Positions 46,275-55,983 of a stretch of DNA of 64,000 bases are shown here, piece after piece. The notes beneath the pieces are model-generated. The model was not told where the DNA came from. It saw only the letters and a list, made by a program, of their open reading frames with translations, and did no database searches. A program made the position numbers and the translations under genes. Origin of the DNA: Bdellovibrio sp. GTDB taxonomy: Bacteria > Bdellovibrionota > Bdellovibrionia > Bdellovibrionales > Bdellovibrionaceae. Every line of letters begins with the position of its first letter. Positions within the stretch are counted from its first letter, which is position 1. The stretch covers positions 864,001 through 928,000 of the forward strand of contig JAKFBS010000002.1 of NCBI GenBank assembly GCA_036677065.1, given 5' to 3'.

Positions 46275-47087
46275 CTATAGCTTTTTAATCTGATCAAATA
46301 AAATAAAGGCTCCCATAACCAGAACAAAATAACCGAATCCCTTTTTAAGACCTTTTTCTGAAACCTTTTTAGTTAAAAACATTCCCATAAATAAGCCGAC
46401 AACGGCTATACCTGTTATCGCCGCCAATAGTGACCATTGAATTTCACTGGAAATATTACTGTAGTGTTGTAAATCGCCCAGAAAACCTATTAAAGATTTG
46501 GCCGCAATAATAAATAATGAGGTCCCCACCGCGATTTTCATCGGCATACCAACTAAAACAACCAGTGCCGGAATAATTAAAAACCCGCCGCCTGCACCGA
46601 CAAATCCGGTCACGCCCCCGACCACCAAACCCTCAAGTGAAATCAATGAAAATTTAGCTAAGAGTGATAATTCTGCTTTTTTAGTTTCTGCTTTTTTAGT
46701 TTTGATCATTGAAATAGAAGCCACCACCATCAAAACAGCAAAGACCAACATAATCAGTAACGGCTTAGAAAAAATCACTGTACCAACCGTAAACACCGGA
46801 TCTGGAAGGCTTGGCACCACATAAGCTCTGGTGAAATAAACGCCGATAAAACTTGGAACCGCAAAAACTAATCCTGTTTTAAGATCAACTTCACCTTTTT
46901 TTAAATACGATACACCGCCGACTAGAGCGGTTGATCCCACGATAAATAGTGAATATGCCGTGGCCGTGATGGGATTAATTGCAAACAAGTACACCAGAAT
47001 TGGAACAGTTAAAATTGATCCGCCACCGCCGATCATCCCTAAAGATAATCCCATAAATACCGAGGCTATATATCCTGCAATTTCCAT
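46275..47087 (-). CDS. TauE/SafE sulfite exporter
   Basis: GGGGSILTVP, GAGGGFLIIPAL, AVGTSL. Confidence 0.92.
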   Translation of the reverse strand: MEIAGYIASVFMGLSLGMIGGGGSILTVPILVYLFAINPITATAYSLFIVGSTALVGGVSYLKKGEVDLKTGLVFAVPSFIGVYFTRAYVVPSLPDPVFTVGTVIFSKPLLIMLVFAVLMVVASISMIKTKKAETKKAELSLLAKFSLISLEGLVVGGVTGFVGAGGGFLIIPALVVLVGMPMKIAVGTSLFIIAAKSLIGFLGDLQHYSNISSEIQWSLLAAITGIAVVGLFMGMFLTKKVSEKGLKKGFGYFVLVMGAFILFDQIKKL

Positions 47088-47497
47088 AACGACCTACTAC
47101 TTTTGTACAAAAACATTCCCGCAAGCATACTGATCACAAACACAAAAGGTGTTTTATCAAAACTAGCAAGTGAAGTGATCGCCGGGCCCGGGCAAAAACC
47201 ACCTAACGCCCAACCCACCCCGAAAATAAAAGCACCGATAATTAATGCCGGTGTGATTTCTTTTTTTGTGGGCACATGCCACTGCGTACTTAATAAGGGT
47301 GATTTTCTTTTTCTAATTAATTTATACATCACAAAGTGAACTAAAATTGCACCGGCCATCACAAAAATTAATGAGGGATCCCAGTGGCCAAATAAATCTA
47401 AAAAGCCAATGACTTTTTGGGGCTGGGTCATACCTGATAAACCCAGGCCCAGGGCAAAGATAAACCCAACAGCTAATGCTGATAAAGCATTTTTCAT
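47066..47497 (-). CDS. YeeE/YedE sulfur transporter half (PmpB-like)
   Basis: SGM..P.KV.GFLD, WDPSL.FVM, FGVGW.L.G.CPGP. Confidence 0.9.
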   Translation of the reverse strand: MKNALSALAVGFIFALGLGLSGMTQPQKVIGFLDLFGHWDPSLIFVMAGAILVHFVMYKLIRKRKSPLLSTQWHVPTKKEITPALIIGAFIFGVGWALGGFCPGPAITSLASFDKTPFVFVISMLAGMFLYKSSRSLWKLQDI

Positions 47498-47919
47498 AAA
47501 TAGACTCCTAATTTTCTAAATACATAAACTGCAGCAATACCTGCAGCCATAAAAACAATCGTGGCCACGAGTGATCTTGGCGACATACGACTAATACCAC
47601 AGATACCGTGGCCGCTGGTGCAACCGCTACCCATGATGGTGCCAAAACCAACTAGCAAACCTGCAACGATGGTTGTCCATATTTCTGAGTTAACCGTGTT
47701 GGTGAAGACTGCAGGCTTTAGCTGACCCATGACCAGTCCGCCTAAAAATAGTCCGCCCATAAAAAGTACTCGCCATAAGGTGTCGCCTTTAACCGGCGAA
47801 AGTGCGCCATTAATAATACCACTAATACCGGTGACCCGGCCGTTCCATAAAAGCATTAAAGAAACTGCTGTTCCGATTAAAACTCCGCCGAATAAAGCAT
47901 TGATCCAGTCTTGTTGCAT
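47494..47919 (-). CDS. YeeE/YedE sulfur transporter half (PmpA-like)
   Basis: [30 protein letters not shown]. Confidence 0.92.
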   Translation of the reverse strand: MQQDWINALFGGVLIGTAVSLMLLWNGRVTGISGIINGALSPVKGDTLWRVLFMGGLFLGGLVMGQLKPAVFTNTVNSEIWTTIVAGLLVGFGTIMGSGCTSGHGICGISRMSPRSLVATIVFMAAGIAAVYVFRKLGVYL

Positions 47920-47930
47920 ACGTTAACTCC

Positions 47931-48272
47931 TTAACTTTTGACCACGGGTAATTTTTTTTCATTCCAATCGATCATTCCACCGATTAGATTCATCGTAAAC
48001 CTGAAACCTAACTTAATGCTTTCTTGCGTGGCCGTTTCAGAGCGTACGCCGCTTCGGCAGACAAACACAATAACTTGTGAACGGTCAGCCTGTTCTAGAA
48101 AAGTCGTTAGCTCTGGGCCTAAAGTGATAAGTTCAGCACCTTTGATGTGACCCAATTCATTGTTATATTCGTCAGCCCGGCGCACATCGACTATGCGTAT
48201 GTTTTTATGACTTTCACCTGATTGTGCCAGATGCGCGAAAAGCTGTTCGGTTGTGATTTCAATAGTGTTCAT
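47931..48272 (-). CDS. single-domain rhodanese
   Basis: IVDVR..EY...GHI.GA, CRSGVRS, L.GGM..W. Confidence 0.9.
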   Translation of the reverse strand: MNTIEITTEQLFAHLAQSGESHKNIRIVDVRRADEYNNELGHIKGAELITLGPELTTFLEQADRSQVIVFVCRSGVRSETATQESIKLGFRFTMNLIGGMIDWNEKKLPVVKS

Positions 48273-48303
48273 GTAGACAGTTTGCCAAATACACAAACTA
48301 AGT

Positions 48304-48319
48304 ATGATGTGCCAGCACA
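48304..48319. promoter_or_regulatory. candidate operator, copy 1
   Basis: ATGATGTGCCAGCACA; palindromic core TGTGC-CA-GCACA, repeated at 49054. Confidence 0.55.
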
Positions 48320-48337
48320 CAATTCAGCAGAATTATT

Positions 48338-48982
48338 TTAGCCCAGGTCTTGGAGTGCCACGAGGTGGTCGCGCTTTAGAATTACAATCGAACGCCCATC
48401 TTGCAAAATTAAACCGTCGGCTTCAAGTTCGGCTAACGCTTTAATAACTGTTGAAACAGTGCTCGCACAAAAATTGGCTATTTCTTGGCGCGTCCAATTA
48501 TGCTCGGGATGAAGATCTTTTAAATAAACAACTGATTGCGCGACGCGAACCTTAATTTCATTTTCTAAAATCATAACATGTTGTGTTTCGCAATGTCGCA
48601 ATTCTGTGGCCAATACTTGCACGACATCTTCAAGTAACGACTTATCTTTGTCGATGCCCGCAAGCACTACAGCCTTAGGTACAAATTTAATTGTGGTTGG
48701 TTCTAGGGCCACAGTCGTTCCGTGATAACCCTCATTCGAAAACAGCGCCCGGTGACCGAAAAATTGACTCTGTCTAAAAAATCTTAACAGGTGTTCTTTA
48801 CCAGAGTGCGAACTTAAAATCGTAAGACCCACCAGCCCCGATTTTACGAAATAAAGACCCTTGGGTGTGTCGCCTTGAGAATAAATATGATCACCACGCT
48901 TAAAATGCAACGTTTGAGACTGCGTCTCAAAGTATTGGCGTATGTCGGGATTAATATCTGACCATAGTTCTTTGCTTTTCAT
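48338..48982 (-). CDS. Crp/Fnr family transcriptional regulator
   Basis: cNMP-binding beta-roll (IYSQGD...LYFVKSGLV) and HTH TRQEIANFCAST.STV. Confidence 0.9.
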   Translation of the reverse strand: MKSKELWSDINPDIRQYFETQSQTLHFKRGDHIYSQGDTPKGLYFVKSGLVGLTILSSHSGKEHLLRFFRQSQFFGHRALFSNEGYHGTTVALEPTTIKFVPKAVVLAGIDKDKSLLEDVVQVLATELRHCETQHVMILENEIKVRVAQSVVYLKDLHPEHNWTRQEIANFCASTVSTVIKALAELEADGLILQDGRSIVILKRDHLVALQDLG

Positions 48983-49053
48983 AGCGAAAGCTTAGCAAGC
49001 AACAACTGTAAAATACAGTGTGCGCCGCGCCCTAGACCTATTTTGTTTCATAA

Positions 49054-49069
49054 ATGCTGTGCCAGCACA
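49054..49069. promoter_or_regulatory. candidate operator, copy 2
   Basis: ATGCTGTGCCAGCACA, 15/16 identical to 48304-48319. Confidence 0.55.
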
Positions 49070-49121
49070 TAACTTGCATACTTGAACAGTGATATATTGA
49101 AATAGAAGCAAAGGAACCCTT

Positions 49122-49985
49122 ATGAAACCAACAGTAAAAGAATTTTTTGATCAGGCAACTTGGACAATGACTTACGTGGTTTACGATGCGGCAACAAAAG
49201 ATACCGTTATTCTTGATCCTGTTTGGGATTATGATCCGGCAGCCTCTAAAATGTCATCACAATCAGCCGAACAGGTTTTAGCTTTTGTTAAAAAAAATAA
49301 TCTGAAAGTGCATTACATTCTTGAAACCCACGCCCACGCAGACCATGTCAGCGGTTCACAAATTTTAAAAGAAAAACTTGCGGGAACAAAAGTTGGGATT
49401 GGCGCAAAAATCACTGAAGTGCAAAAAGTTTTTAAAGATGTTTTTAATCTTGACCCGAATTTTAAAACTGACGGCAGTCAATTTGATATACTTTTAAATG
49501 AAGAGCAGGTACTTGAAGCCGGAACATTAAAAATAAAAACTATCTACACCCCGGGTCACACCCCTGCCTGTTCAAGTTATGTGATTGGCGATGCCGTGTT
49601 TACCGGAGACGCCTTATTCATGCCCGACTACGGCACAGGCCGCTGTGATTTTCCGGCAGGCAGCGCAGATGATCTGTACACTTCAGTGCACGACAAACTT
49701 TACAAACTACCAGATGATTACAGAGTTTTTGTTGGCCATGACTATTTACCCAATGACCGGGCTTTGGCCTTTGAAACAACCATCGCTGAAGAAAAAGCTA
49801 AGAATGTACAACTCAAGCACGAAACCAGTCGCACTCAATTTGTTGAATTTAGAGAAACCAGAGATAAGACCTTAGCGGCACCAAGATTGCTTTTACCCAG
49901 TGTACAAGTAAACATTGATGCCGGAAAACTTCCGGCACCAGAAAAAAATGGCACAAGTTATCTGAAAATTCCGGTAAGATCTTAA
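49122..49985 (+). CDS. persulfide dioxygenase (ETHE1/Blh-like MBL fold)
   Basis: ETHAHADH, TPGHT, GDALFMPD.GT.RCDFP, GHDY, P.L..PS.QVN. Confidence 0.92.
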   Translation: MKPTVKEFFDQATWTMTYVVYDAATKDTVILDPVWDYDPAASKMSSQSAEQVLAFVKKNNLKVHYILETHAHADHVSGSQILKEKLAGTKVGIGAKITEVQKVFKDVFNLDPNFKTDGSQFDILLNEEQVLEAGTLKIKTIYTPGHTPACSSYVIGDAVFTGDALFMPDYGTGRCDFPAGSADDLYTSVHDKLYKLPDDYRVFVGHDYLPNDRALAFETTIAEEKAKNVQLKHETSRTQFVEFRETRDKTLAAPRLLLPSVQVNIDAGKLPAPEKNGTSYLKIPVRS

Positions 49986-50183
49986 TTAGGTTTTATTATT
50001 TATTTTGCACGTGTTAATTCCAAAGATTGCATAAGGTGGGCACCAGCCCATCAAACCAGTCAATAACGGAACTAACCCCAGCAAAAACCAATAATTTGCA
50101 GGCCCCCAGAACGCCATTGATGTTAAAAAGATGCCGGCCACAATCCGCACGATTCTTTCAGTAGGATGTATATTTTTCTTCAT
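49986..50183 (-). CDS. DUF2892 (YgaP-like) membrane protein
   Basis: N....ER..R, TGL.GWCP.Y..FGINTC. Confidence 0.9.
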   Translation of the reverse strand: MKKNIHPTERIVRIVAGIFLTSMAFWGPANYWFLLGLVPLLTGLMGWCPPYAIFGINTCKINNKT

Positions 50184-50989
50184 ATTTTTCTTTCTGTACT
50201 TTCAAAAATTTTATTTGCAGAATCTGCAACAAATCCCTGAAAAATTTCTCCACTTTTTGTGGGATATCGTTTAGCAAATTCATAATAACAAGCAGGAATA
50301 TCAAACTCACCCTCTTCAAACGAGACTGGAACTATATTGGCCATAGTTGAACTTTGTTCAAGATAAACGGCAGGGCTTCCCTTAATGGCGCCACCAGCTA
50401 AGTTTAAGACAAAGCCATTTTCTAGCAAAAATGAATTTAACTCTTCCATGCGGTTTAATTTTTTAAGGTGATTCACATCAACGGTAAAATGATTAGGTCT
50501 AAAACCATGTGCATAAACCCAAGCTACATATTCACTTTCGAGGAGTAATTTTTTGTAAACTTCATAACTAGCTGGCCAAGGACGCCCTAAGTACATAAAG
50601 GTAAGACTATTCATTTTTGTTTTATCCATCTGTGCGACTACGTTGTTAACAACGTCACGCAGAAAAGGTGATCCTTGGGTTAAATCAAATTCAGAAATAA
50701 ATACTTTAGGCATGCAAATATCAATATGTTCAAAATGCTTGGCTTTTAATTTTTTCGCCGCAAAATCATAGACGCCGACTTGCTTGTAGCCATAATTTAA
50801 AAAATGCTGGCTTAAAATATCAGCCTTTAAAAATGGATGTGAAAAAGTGCGAAAAGCGATGTGATCATTGACCACGTCTTCACCAGCGTTTGTCAGGGCC
50901 TGATGAACGGCTTTTGCCTGTGGGTTAAGTTCACAATAATCGATCCACATTTTTTTTAAATGAACGGAAAGTTCTTGTTTTTTTGTCAT
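50180..50989 (-). CDS. DUF1338 family protein (HglS-like 2-oxoacid dioxygenase/decarboxylase fold)
   Basis: NDHIAFRTF, PKVFISE, ESEY.AW, NHFT, LEQSST, YEFAKR, GFV...A..IFEST. Confidence 0.85.
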   Translation of the reverse strand: MTKKQELSVHLKKMWIDYCELNPQAKAVHQALTNAGEDVVNDHIAFRTFSHPFLKADILSQHFLNYGYKQVGVYDFAAKKLKAKHFEHIDICMPKVFISEFDLTQGSPFLRDVVNNVVAQMDKTKMNSLTFMYLGRPWPASYEVYKKLLLESEYVAWVYAHGFRPNHFTVDVNHLKKLNRMEELNSFLLENGFVLNLAGGAIKGSPAVYLEQSSTMANIVPVSFEEGEFDIPACYYEFAKRYPTKSGEIFQGFVADSANKIFESTERKI

Positions 50990-51270
50990 GGGCTCTCCTT
51001 ACTTTGTCTTGGATAAGTTTTGCTTAATTCAATTAGCGATTGCACAAAATTTTGTATACGATCGGATGTTGTATTTTTGTCTAAAGATTTAATAAACCTA
51101 AAATAAACTTCTCGCTCCTGAACTGCATCAACAATTGGACAGTTCGTAACTTGTTTGAGTTTAAAAATATCTTCCGCAAGTGTTATACGTTGTTGGCAGA
51201 GTAAAACAATTTGCTGATCAAGTTCAGCGATTTGTTGGCGTTTTTTTTCAATGGCATCAATCATTGTCAC
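50986..51270 (-). CDS. stand-alone AroQ-type chorismate mutase
   Basis: R.QI..LD.QIV.L..QR..LA..I..LK...PI.D..QE pattern; the usual RE appears as QE. Confidence 0.7.
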   Translation of the reverse strand: MTMIDAIEKKRQQIAELDQQIVLLCQQRITLAEDIFKLKQVTNCPIVDAVQEREVYFRFIKSLDKNTTSDRIQNFVQSLIELSKTYPRQSKESP

Positions 51271-52510
51271 CTACCAAAAGCGATCCCTCTTGTGCGTTGA
51301 TAAAGCCATCGGCGTAGACATGAAATTCTCCGCTGCCAGAATGAACTTCTTTTTTCTCTTCACCTTTGCTATCAGCCACTTTTAGAATCTGAATACGCTG
51401 CGAAGATCCATCTGGACAAATCAGACTCATCGATTGTCCTGGGTATACCTTGTTTTTTATTTCAACTACGGCTTGCTGGGGGTTAATAATTTTTTTTATC
51501 AATCCGACGAATTTGTAGTCTGGATTATAAGTGGTACTAGCTTGATAATTCTGGCCTTGAGCGTTTGGATTCTCAAACATAAAGCCTGTGTGATAGCCCC
51601 GGTTGGTCAGCTTGTTCAATTCATTCTGCCAATAAGGATTAAAAGGTTTATTCGCCGTCAAATCATCTAAAGCCCCGCGGTAAGCTCTTGCTACCATAGC
51701 TGCATAAAATTCGGATTTAGTGCGCCCTTCGACTTTGAAAGAAATAACACCAGCCTCGGCCAGTTGTTGCAAATGAGCTATCATGCACAGATCTTTTGCA
51801 TTTAAAATGTAAGTGCCTTCGTCATCTTCTTCGATTTGAAATTGCGAAGAGGAATTATCATCGGTGCGCGCGATAAAATGTTGCTTTTCGGTGAATTTAT
51901 ATTTTTCACGGCAAGAGTTATCGCAAACGCCTTGGTTAGCATCTCGGCGCCCCATATACGAAGAAAGCAAACAACGGCCAGAATAGGCAATGCAAATTGA
52001 ACCATGCACAAACGCCTCAAGCTCAACATCGGGAACTCTTTGTTTGATTTCAGAAATCTCTGCTATGGACAATTCGCGACTTAGAATAACGCGTTCGACA
52101 TTTAATGTTTCTTTCCAGAACTTAACAGCTTGCCAATTCATGCAATTTGCCTGAACCGAAAGATGAATAGGAATTTCCGGAGCTAACTCACGTGTTATTG
52201 CCATTAAGCCGGGATCACTCATGATAAAGGCATCAGGCTTAAGATCTGCGTATTTTGAAATTTCATTTCTAAATGGGCCCAATTTTCGGTTACGTGCAAA
52301 AATATTTAAGGCCATGTAAGCTTTTTTTTGCTTTTGCTGGGTGTAACGAATGGCCTCAGCCATTGCTTCAAGATCAAAATCATTTTCACGAGCACGTAAA
52401 CTAAACAAGGGTGGCCCTAGGTAAACTGCATCGGCACCATATGCCAAAGCCAATTTCATTTTTGCAGGCGATCCGGCCGGCATAAGTAATTCAAGTTTTG
52501 TAGAACTCAT
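51257..52510 (-). CDS. trhP: U32 family protein, TrhP/YegQ-like (tRNA U34 hydroxylation)
   Basis: ELLMPAG, YGADAVY, IHLSVQAN, EAFVHGSICIAYSGRCLLS, RDANQG.C...CR, KVEGRTKS, C-terminal beta-barrel. Confidence 0.85.
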   Translation of the reverse strand: MSSTKLELLMPAGSPAKMKLALAYGADAVYLGPPLFSLRARENDFDLEAMAEAIRYTQQKQKKAYMALNIFARNRKLGPFRNEISKYADLKPDAFIMSDPGLMAITRELAPEIPIHLSVQANCMNWQAVKFWKETLNVERVILSRELSIAEISEIKQRVPDVELEAFVHGSICIAYSGRCLLSSYMGRRDANQGVCDNSCREKYKFTEKQHFIARTDDNSSSQFQIEEDDEGTYILNAKDLCMIAHLQQLAEAGVISFKVEGRTKSEFYAAMVARAYRGALDDLTANKPFNPYWQNELNKLTNRGYHTGFMFENPNAQGQNYQASTTYNPDYKFVGLIKKIINPQQAVVEIKNKVYPGQSMSLICPDGSSQRIQILKVADSKGEEKKEVHSGSGEFHVYADGFINAQEGSLLVGDND

Positions 52511-53217
52511 GTGCCACGACCTTGCAGGCATTTTTCAAAGTCATCGAGACAACTGTAAAGTTGACTGGTTGATTCTAATAAAAAAAGATCTTCTTGCATC
52601 AGGTCTGTACGAAATTCTTTTTTGCGAATATCATCGACATCAAAAGAATGGACGCGTGGCTTTAACGATAGCGCATAGGCGCATTCGTTAAATGACGATG
52701 CAATACCCGACCCGAGAATACGATTTCCCGCAGGGGTTTTAACTAAGGCAAACTCAATCGTAAACCAAAAAAGTCTTTGAAACTCGGTTGAAATTTGCGG
52801 ATGATTTTTATATTGAAGTGCGCGCAGGCCAAATTCCTGGCAAAAGTCTGCATAATCTTGGTCAGCTAAAAACGGCAAATGCCCATACAGATCATGAAAG
52901 ACATCTGGCTCGGGAGTGTACATTGAAACTTCGGGATTACGAATAAAACTGCCGACAGGAAATTTTTTTCTGGCCAACATTCTAAAAAATTCTTCAGCTT
53001 CAACAAACCCTTTTGTATAAACGCCCTGCCAGCCAGTCAAATTTTGCAATCTTTTATTTACTGAATTTATATCTGGAATGCCGGCAGCACCAATTTCTAA
53101 ACTTTCTAATCCCCGTAAAAATTCAGGCATTAATTGCTTATCACGCAGCGCAGTTTGGGCTGTAAACAGCTGCTTCCAGATTTGATGGTCTTTTGTACTA
53201 AACATATCTTTTATCAT
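52507..53217 (-). CDS. phhA: phenylalanine 4-monooxygenase
   Basis: YTPEPDVFHDLYGH.P, RLFWFTIEF.L, G.GI.SS..E. Confidence 0.92.
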   Translation of the reverse strand: MIKDMFSTKDHQIWKQLFTAQTALRDKQLMPEFLRGLESLEIGAAGIPDINSVNKRLQNLTGWQGVYTKGFVEAEEFFRMLARKKFPVGSFIRNPEVSMYTPEPDVFHDLYGHLPFLADQDYADFCQEFGLRALQYKNHPQISTEFQRLFWFTIEFALVKTPAGNRILGSGIASSFNECAYALSLKPRVHSFDVDDIRKKEFRTDLMQEDLFLLESTSQLYSCLDDFEKCLQGRGT

Positions 53218-54257
53218 GACAAAACACCGCGTTTTATCTGATCACGTTCGATTGAACGAAATAGCGCTCCAAAGTTACCTTCTCCAAACGAGGCGTGATT
53301 GTTTCTTTGAATGATCTCAATAAAAATTGGTCCAACTATTTCTTTAGTAAATATCTGCAAAAGATAGCCATTCTCGTCACCGTCAATCAGTACATTCTGC
53401 TTGCGGATTTTTTCATGGTCTTCTTTAACTTGCGGAAACTTTGTAAAAATATCGTCATAGTACAAATCGTCAATATCTAGCGTACTGATTTTTGCATCGC
53501 GAAGCTGATCTAGCGAAGACAAAATATCTTTTGTTAAAAAAGCCAGATGCTGCACTCCTGGCCCGTTGTATTTTTCTAAATATTCATTTATCTGCGATTG
53601 TTTTTCTGTAGCTTCATTAAGTGGAATACAAAAGCTGCCGCAGGGCGAGCGCAGGGCAAAAGAAGTCAAACCGGTCTTAACTCCCCTGATATCGAAATAG
53701 CGCACCTCTTTGAAACCAAAAATACTGCGGTAAAATGTTGCCCAGTCATTCATGGTGCCGCGAAAAACGTTGTTGGTAAGGTGATCAATCGCTACAAAAC
53801 CTTTATCTGCCACCTTCATCGGATGCGCGTGGTCGACAAATCCAAGACGAGCATAACCATCAGTATGGTCAGTCGTTTTCATAAAATAAATTAACATGTC
53901 ACCCAAGCCATAAATTGCAGGGATAGCTGCTCCCTCTGTCGTAAATAAATCGCCGACTGCAGGAATAGCACCGCGAAGCAATGCCAACTTATGAGCTTTT
54001 TCTGGTTGCTCGAACCGCCAGCCCATTGAACAGATTGCCGGACCATGTTTTTTTTCAAAAATATGCGAAACACCGCGCTCTTCTTTATTTAAGAAAAAAT
54101 GAATATCGTTTTGTTTGAAATATTCGATATTTTTTTTGCCGTGTTTTTTTATTTTTGAAAATCCGAAATCTACAAAAAGTTTTTCTAACATTTGCGATGA
54201 TGAGGCTTCGCAGAATTCAACAAAATCAAATCCGCACATACCCATTTCGTTATTCAT
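53214..54257 (-). CDS. hppD: 4-hydroxyphenylpyruvate dioxygenase
   Basis: IDHLTNNV, FDIRG..TGL.S, QI.EYL..Y.GPGVQH, LLQIFT, FIEIIQR, FGEGNF.ALF.SIE. Confidence 0.96.
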   Translation of the reverse strand: MNNEMGMCGFDFVEFCEASSSQMLEKLFVDFGFSKIKKHGKKNIEYFKQNDIHFFLNKEERGVSHIFEKKHGPAICSMGWRFEQPEKAHKLALLRGAIPAVGDLFTTEGAAIPAIYGLGDMLIYFMKTTDHTDGYARLGFVDHAHPMKVADKGFVAIDHLTNNVFRGTMNDWATFYRSIFGFKEVRYFDIRGVKTGLTSFALRSPCGSFCIPLNEATEKQSQINEYLEKYNGPGVQHLAFLTKDILSSLDQLRDAKISTLDIDDLYYDDIFTKFPQVKEDHEKIRKQNVLIDGDENGYLLQIFTKEIVGPIFIEIIQRNNHASFGEGNFGALFRSIERDQIKRGVLS

Positions 54258-55366
54258 AAATTACCTCTGCCTTGGTTCCAGCTTTTCCAATAGTCTTTAA
54301 CTTCGATATGGTCTGATCCGCGTGTCGTAGAAAGTGGATACTTTGTATCAATCATGATCGCGATTTCATTGGTTTCTGTAAGCGACTGTGCTTTAACCAC
54401 GGCCTCTTTTTGCGGGCCATGGTGAATACCCTGGGGATGAAAAGTCATCATACCTGCGGCTATTCCGCTGCGACTGAAAAATTGCCCCTGATGATAAAAT
54501 AAAACTTCATCAAAATCGATATTTGAGTGATAGAAAGGAACTTTCATGGCCTGAGCATCACCATTTTCTAAGGGTCGTGGTAAGAAAGTGCAAACCACAA
54601 AATTGTGTCCTAGAAATGTGCTATGCGCAGATGGCGGCAAATGATAACGATCAGACGATACAGGACGAATATCTTTTACGTTGATTTTCCAAACTGTTAA
54701 AGTTCCTTTCCAGCCCACCGTATTTAAAGGATTAAACGGATACATCACATTGGTGATTTGCTCGCACCGTTTAATTTTTAAGATATATTCAGAACTCTGG
54801 AATAAACTAGGTGTTGGCTCTGGAACTTCTAAAACAGCTGGGTCAAAAAGAGCATGCTGGCCTAGCATGCCTTTATCCGGAAAACTTATTTCACTAAAAC
54901 TTTCAATAAGTAAAAATTTTGATTCTGCCGAAGTTTTGATGCGATATACGGTTCCGCGCGGAATCAGAATATAATCACCTGGGCTATAGGTAAGAGGCCC
55001 AAAGTCTGTCTCGATAAGGCCTTCACCTTGATGAATAAAAAAAAGTTCGTCGGCATCAGCATTGCGAAAGAAATATTGCATTTCACCGGCAAAAACAAAA
55101 AAGTTAATTCTAACATCTTTATTTTCTAGGTACGCAGTTCGTGCCTTTAAGTAATCGTTTTCAGGCTGGTTTAAAATTTGACGAAAGTCAAAGGCCTGAG
55201 GTCGCAAAGGACCATCAATTTTTAACCATTCAACTGGTGGCTGGGTTCGATACAAGTGAGCATACCGCCCACTAAAACCATTGCGCGCGTATTCTTCTTC
55301 GAATGTGCCTTCTGGAACACCGACGTGCGCCTGTCGTGTCGTTAGGCCTTTTACGTAGGGTATCAT
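54254..55366 (-). CDS. hmgA: homogentisate 1,2-dioxygenase
   Basis: NADADEL.F.H.G, VGWKG, HLPPS.H, PFYHSN.D.DEVLFY, HPQGIHHGP. Confidence 0.92.
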   Translation of the reverse strand: MIPYVKGLTTRQAHVGVPEGTFEEEYARNGFSGRYAHLYRTQPPVEWLKIDGPLRPQAFDFRQILNQPENDYLKARTAYLENKDVRINFFVFAGEMQYFFRNADADELFFIHQGEGLIETDFGPLTYSPGDYILIPRGTVYRIKTSAESKFLLIESFSEISFPDKGMLGQHALFDPAVLEVPEPTPSLFQSSEYILKIKRCEQITNVMYPFNPLNTVGWKGTLTVWKINVKDIRPVSSDRYHLPPSAHSTFLGHNFVVCTFLPRPLENGDAQAMKVPFYHSNIDFDEVLFYHQGQFFSRSGIAAGMMTFHPQGIHHGPQKEAVVKAQSLTETNEIAIMIDTKYPLSTTRGSDHIEVKDYWKSWNQGRGNL

Positions 55367-55983
55367 CTAACGTGTCTCATTTCTATGCGGGGATTCATAA
55401 TTTGAAATCTATCGTTAAGCTGCAAACCAAGGTCTGCATGACTAAAACTTAAAAGTTTTCCGTATTTAAGGAATGTTTCACAAAAATCCGGTTCAACCCT
55501 ATAAAGATAAATTTGCTGAACACCTTGGTTGTTTTGTTTGCGCATAGCAAATGAACTTTTAGAAGTGCAACCGCCACTTCGAACTTGTATGAAAACACCA
55601 TGATTATTGTTATAATGACTATACACTGCTTCCAAAGGAACCGCAGCTTGTGCTCTAGGTGCGACATAAGGATTCATAATTTTGAAGCGATCACGATATT
55701 GTAATCCCAATTCTTCGTAAGTAAAATTCAGTATCATTCCATATTTAAAAAACGCTTTACATAAATCTGGTTTAGTTCTGTAAAAATAGATAAGCGCAAC
55801 GCCTCTGGAATTCTGTTTTTGTACGGCGAAAGAGTCTTTACTTGTACACCCGCCACTGAAAACTTGAATACTGACACCTGACTGATTATAAAAATCCCCA
55901 TACAGAGACTCTAAAGTAGGTGTAGTATAACCTTTAATCGAAAATAATAACGCTGCTGTAAGCAAAATAACTTTGTTTTTCAT
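55363..55983 (-). CDS. secreted protein with two tandem ~95-aa disulfide-containing domains
   Basis: Repeat LE..Y...G..IQV.SGGCTSK.SF...KQN..GV..IY.YR..PD.C..F.KYG..L.F...LGL...DRF.IMNP occurs twice. Confidence 0.8.
   Translation of the reverse strand: MKNKVILLTAALLFSIKGYTTPTLESLYGDFYNQSGVSIQVFSGGCTSKDSFAVQKQNSRGVALIYFYRTKPDLCKAFFKYGMILNFTYEELGLQYRDRFKIMNPYVAPRAQAAVPLEAVYSHYNNNHGVFIQVRSGGCTSKSSFAMRKQNNQGVQQIYLYRVEPDFCETFLKYGKLLSFSHADLGLQLNDRFQIMNPRIEMRHVR

Noticed and set aside
49060..49079. Sigma54 promoter for the persulfide dioxygenase (CAGCAC-N5-TTGCA)
   Set aside because: The invariant -24 GG is AG.
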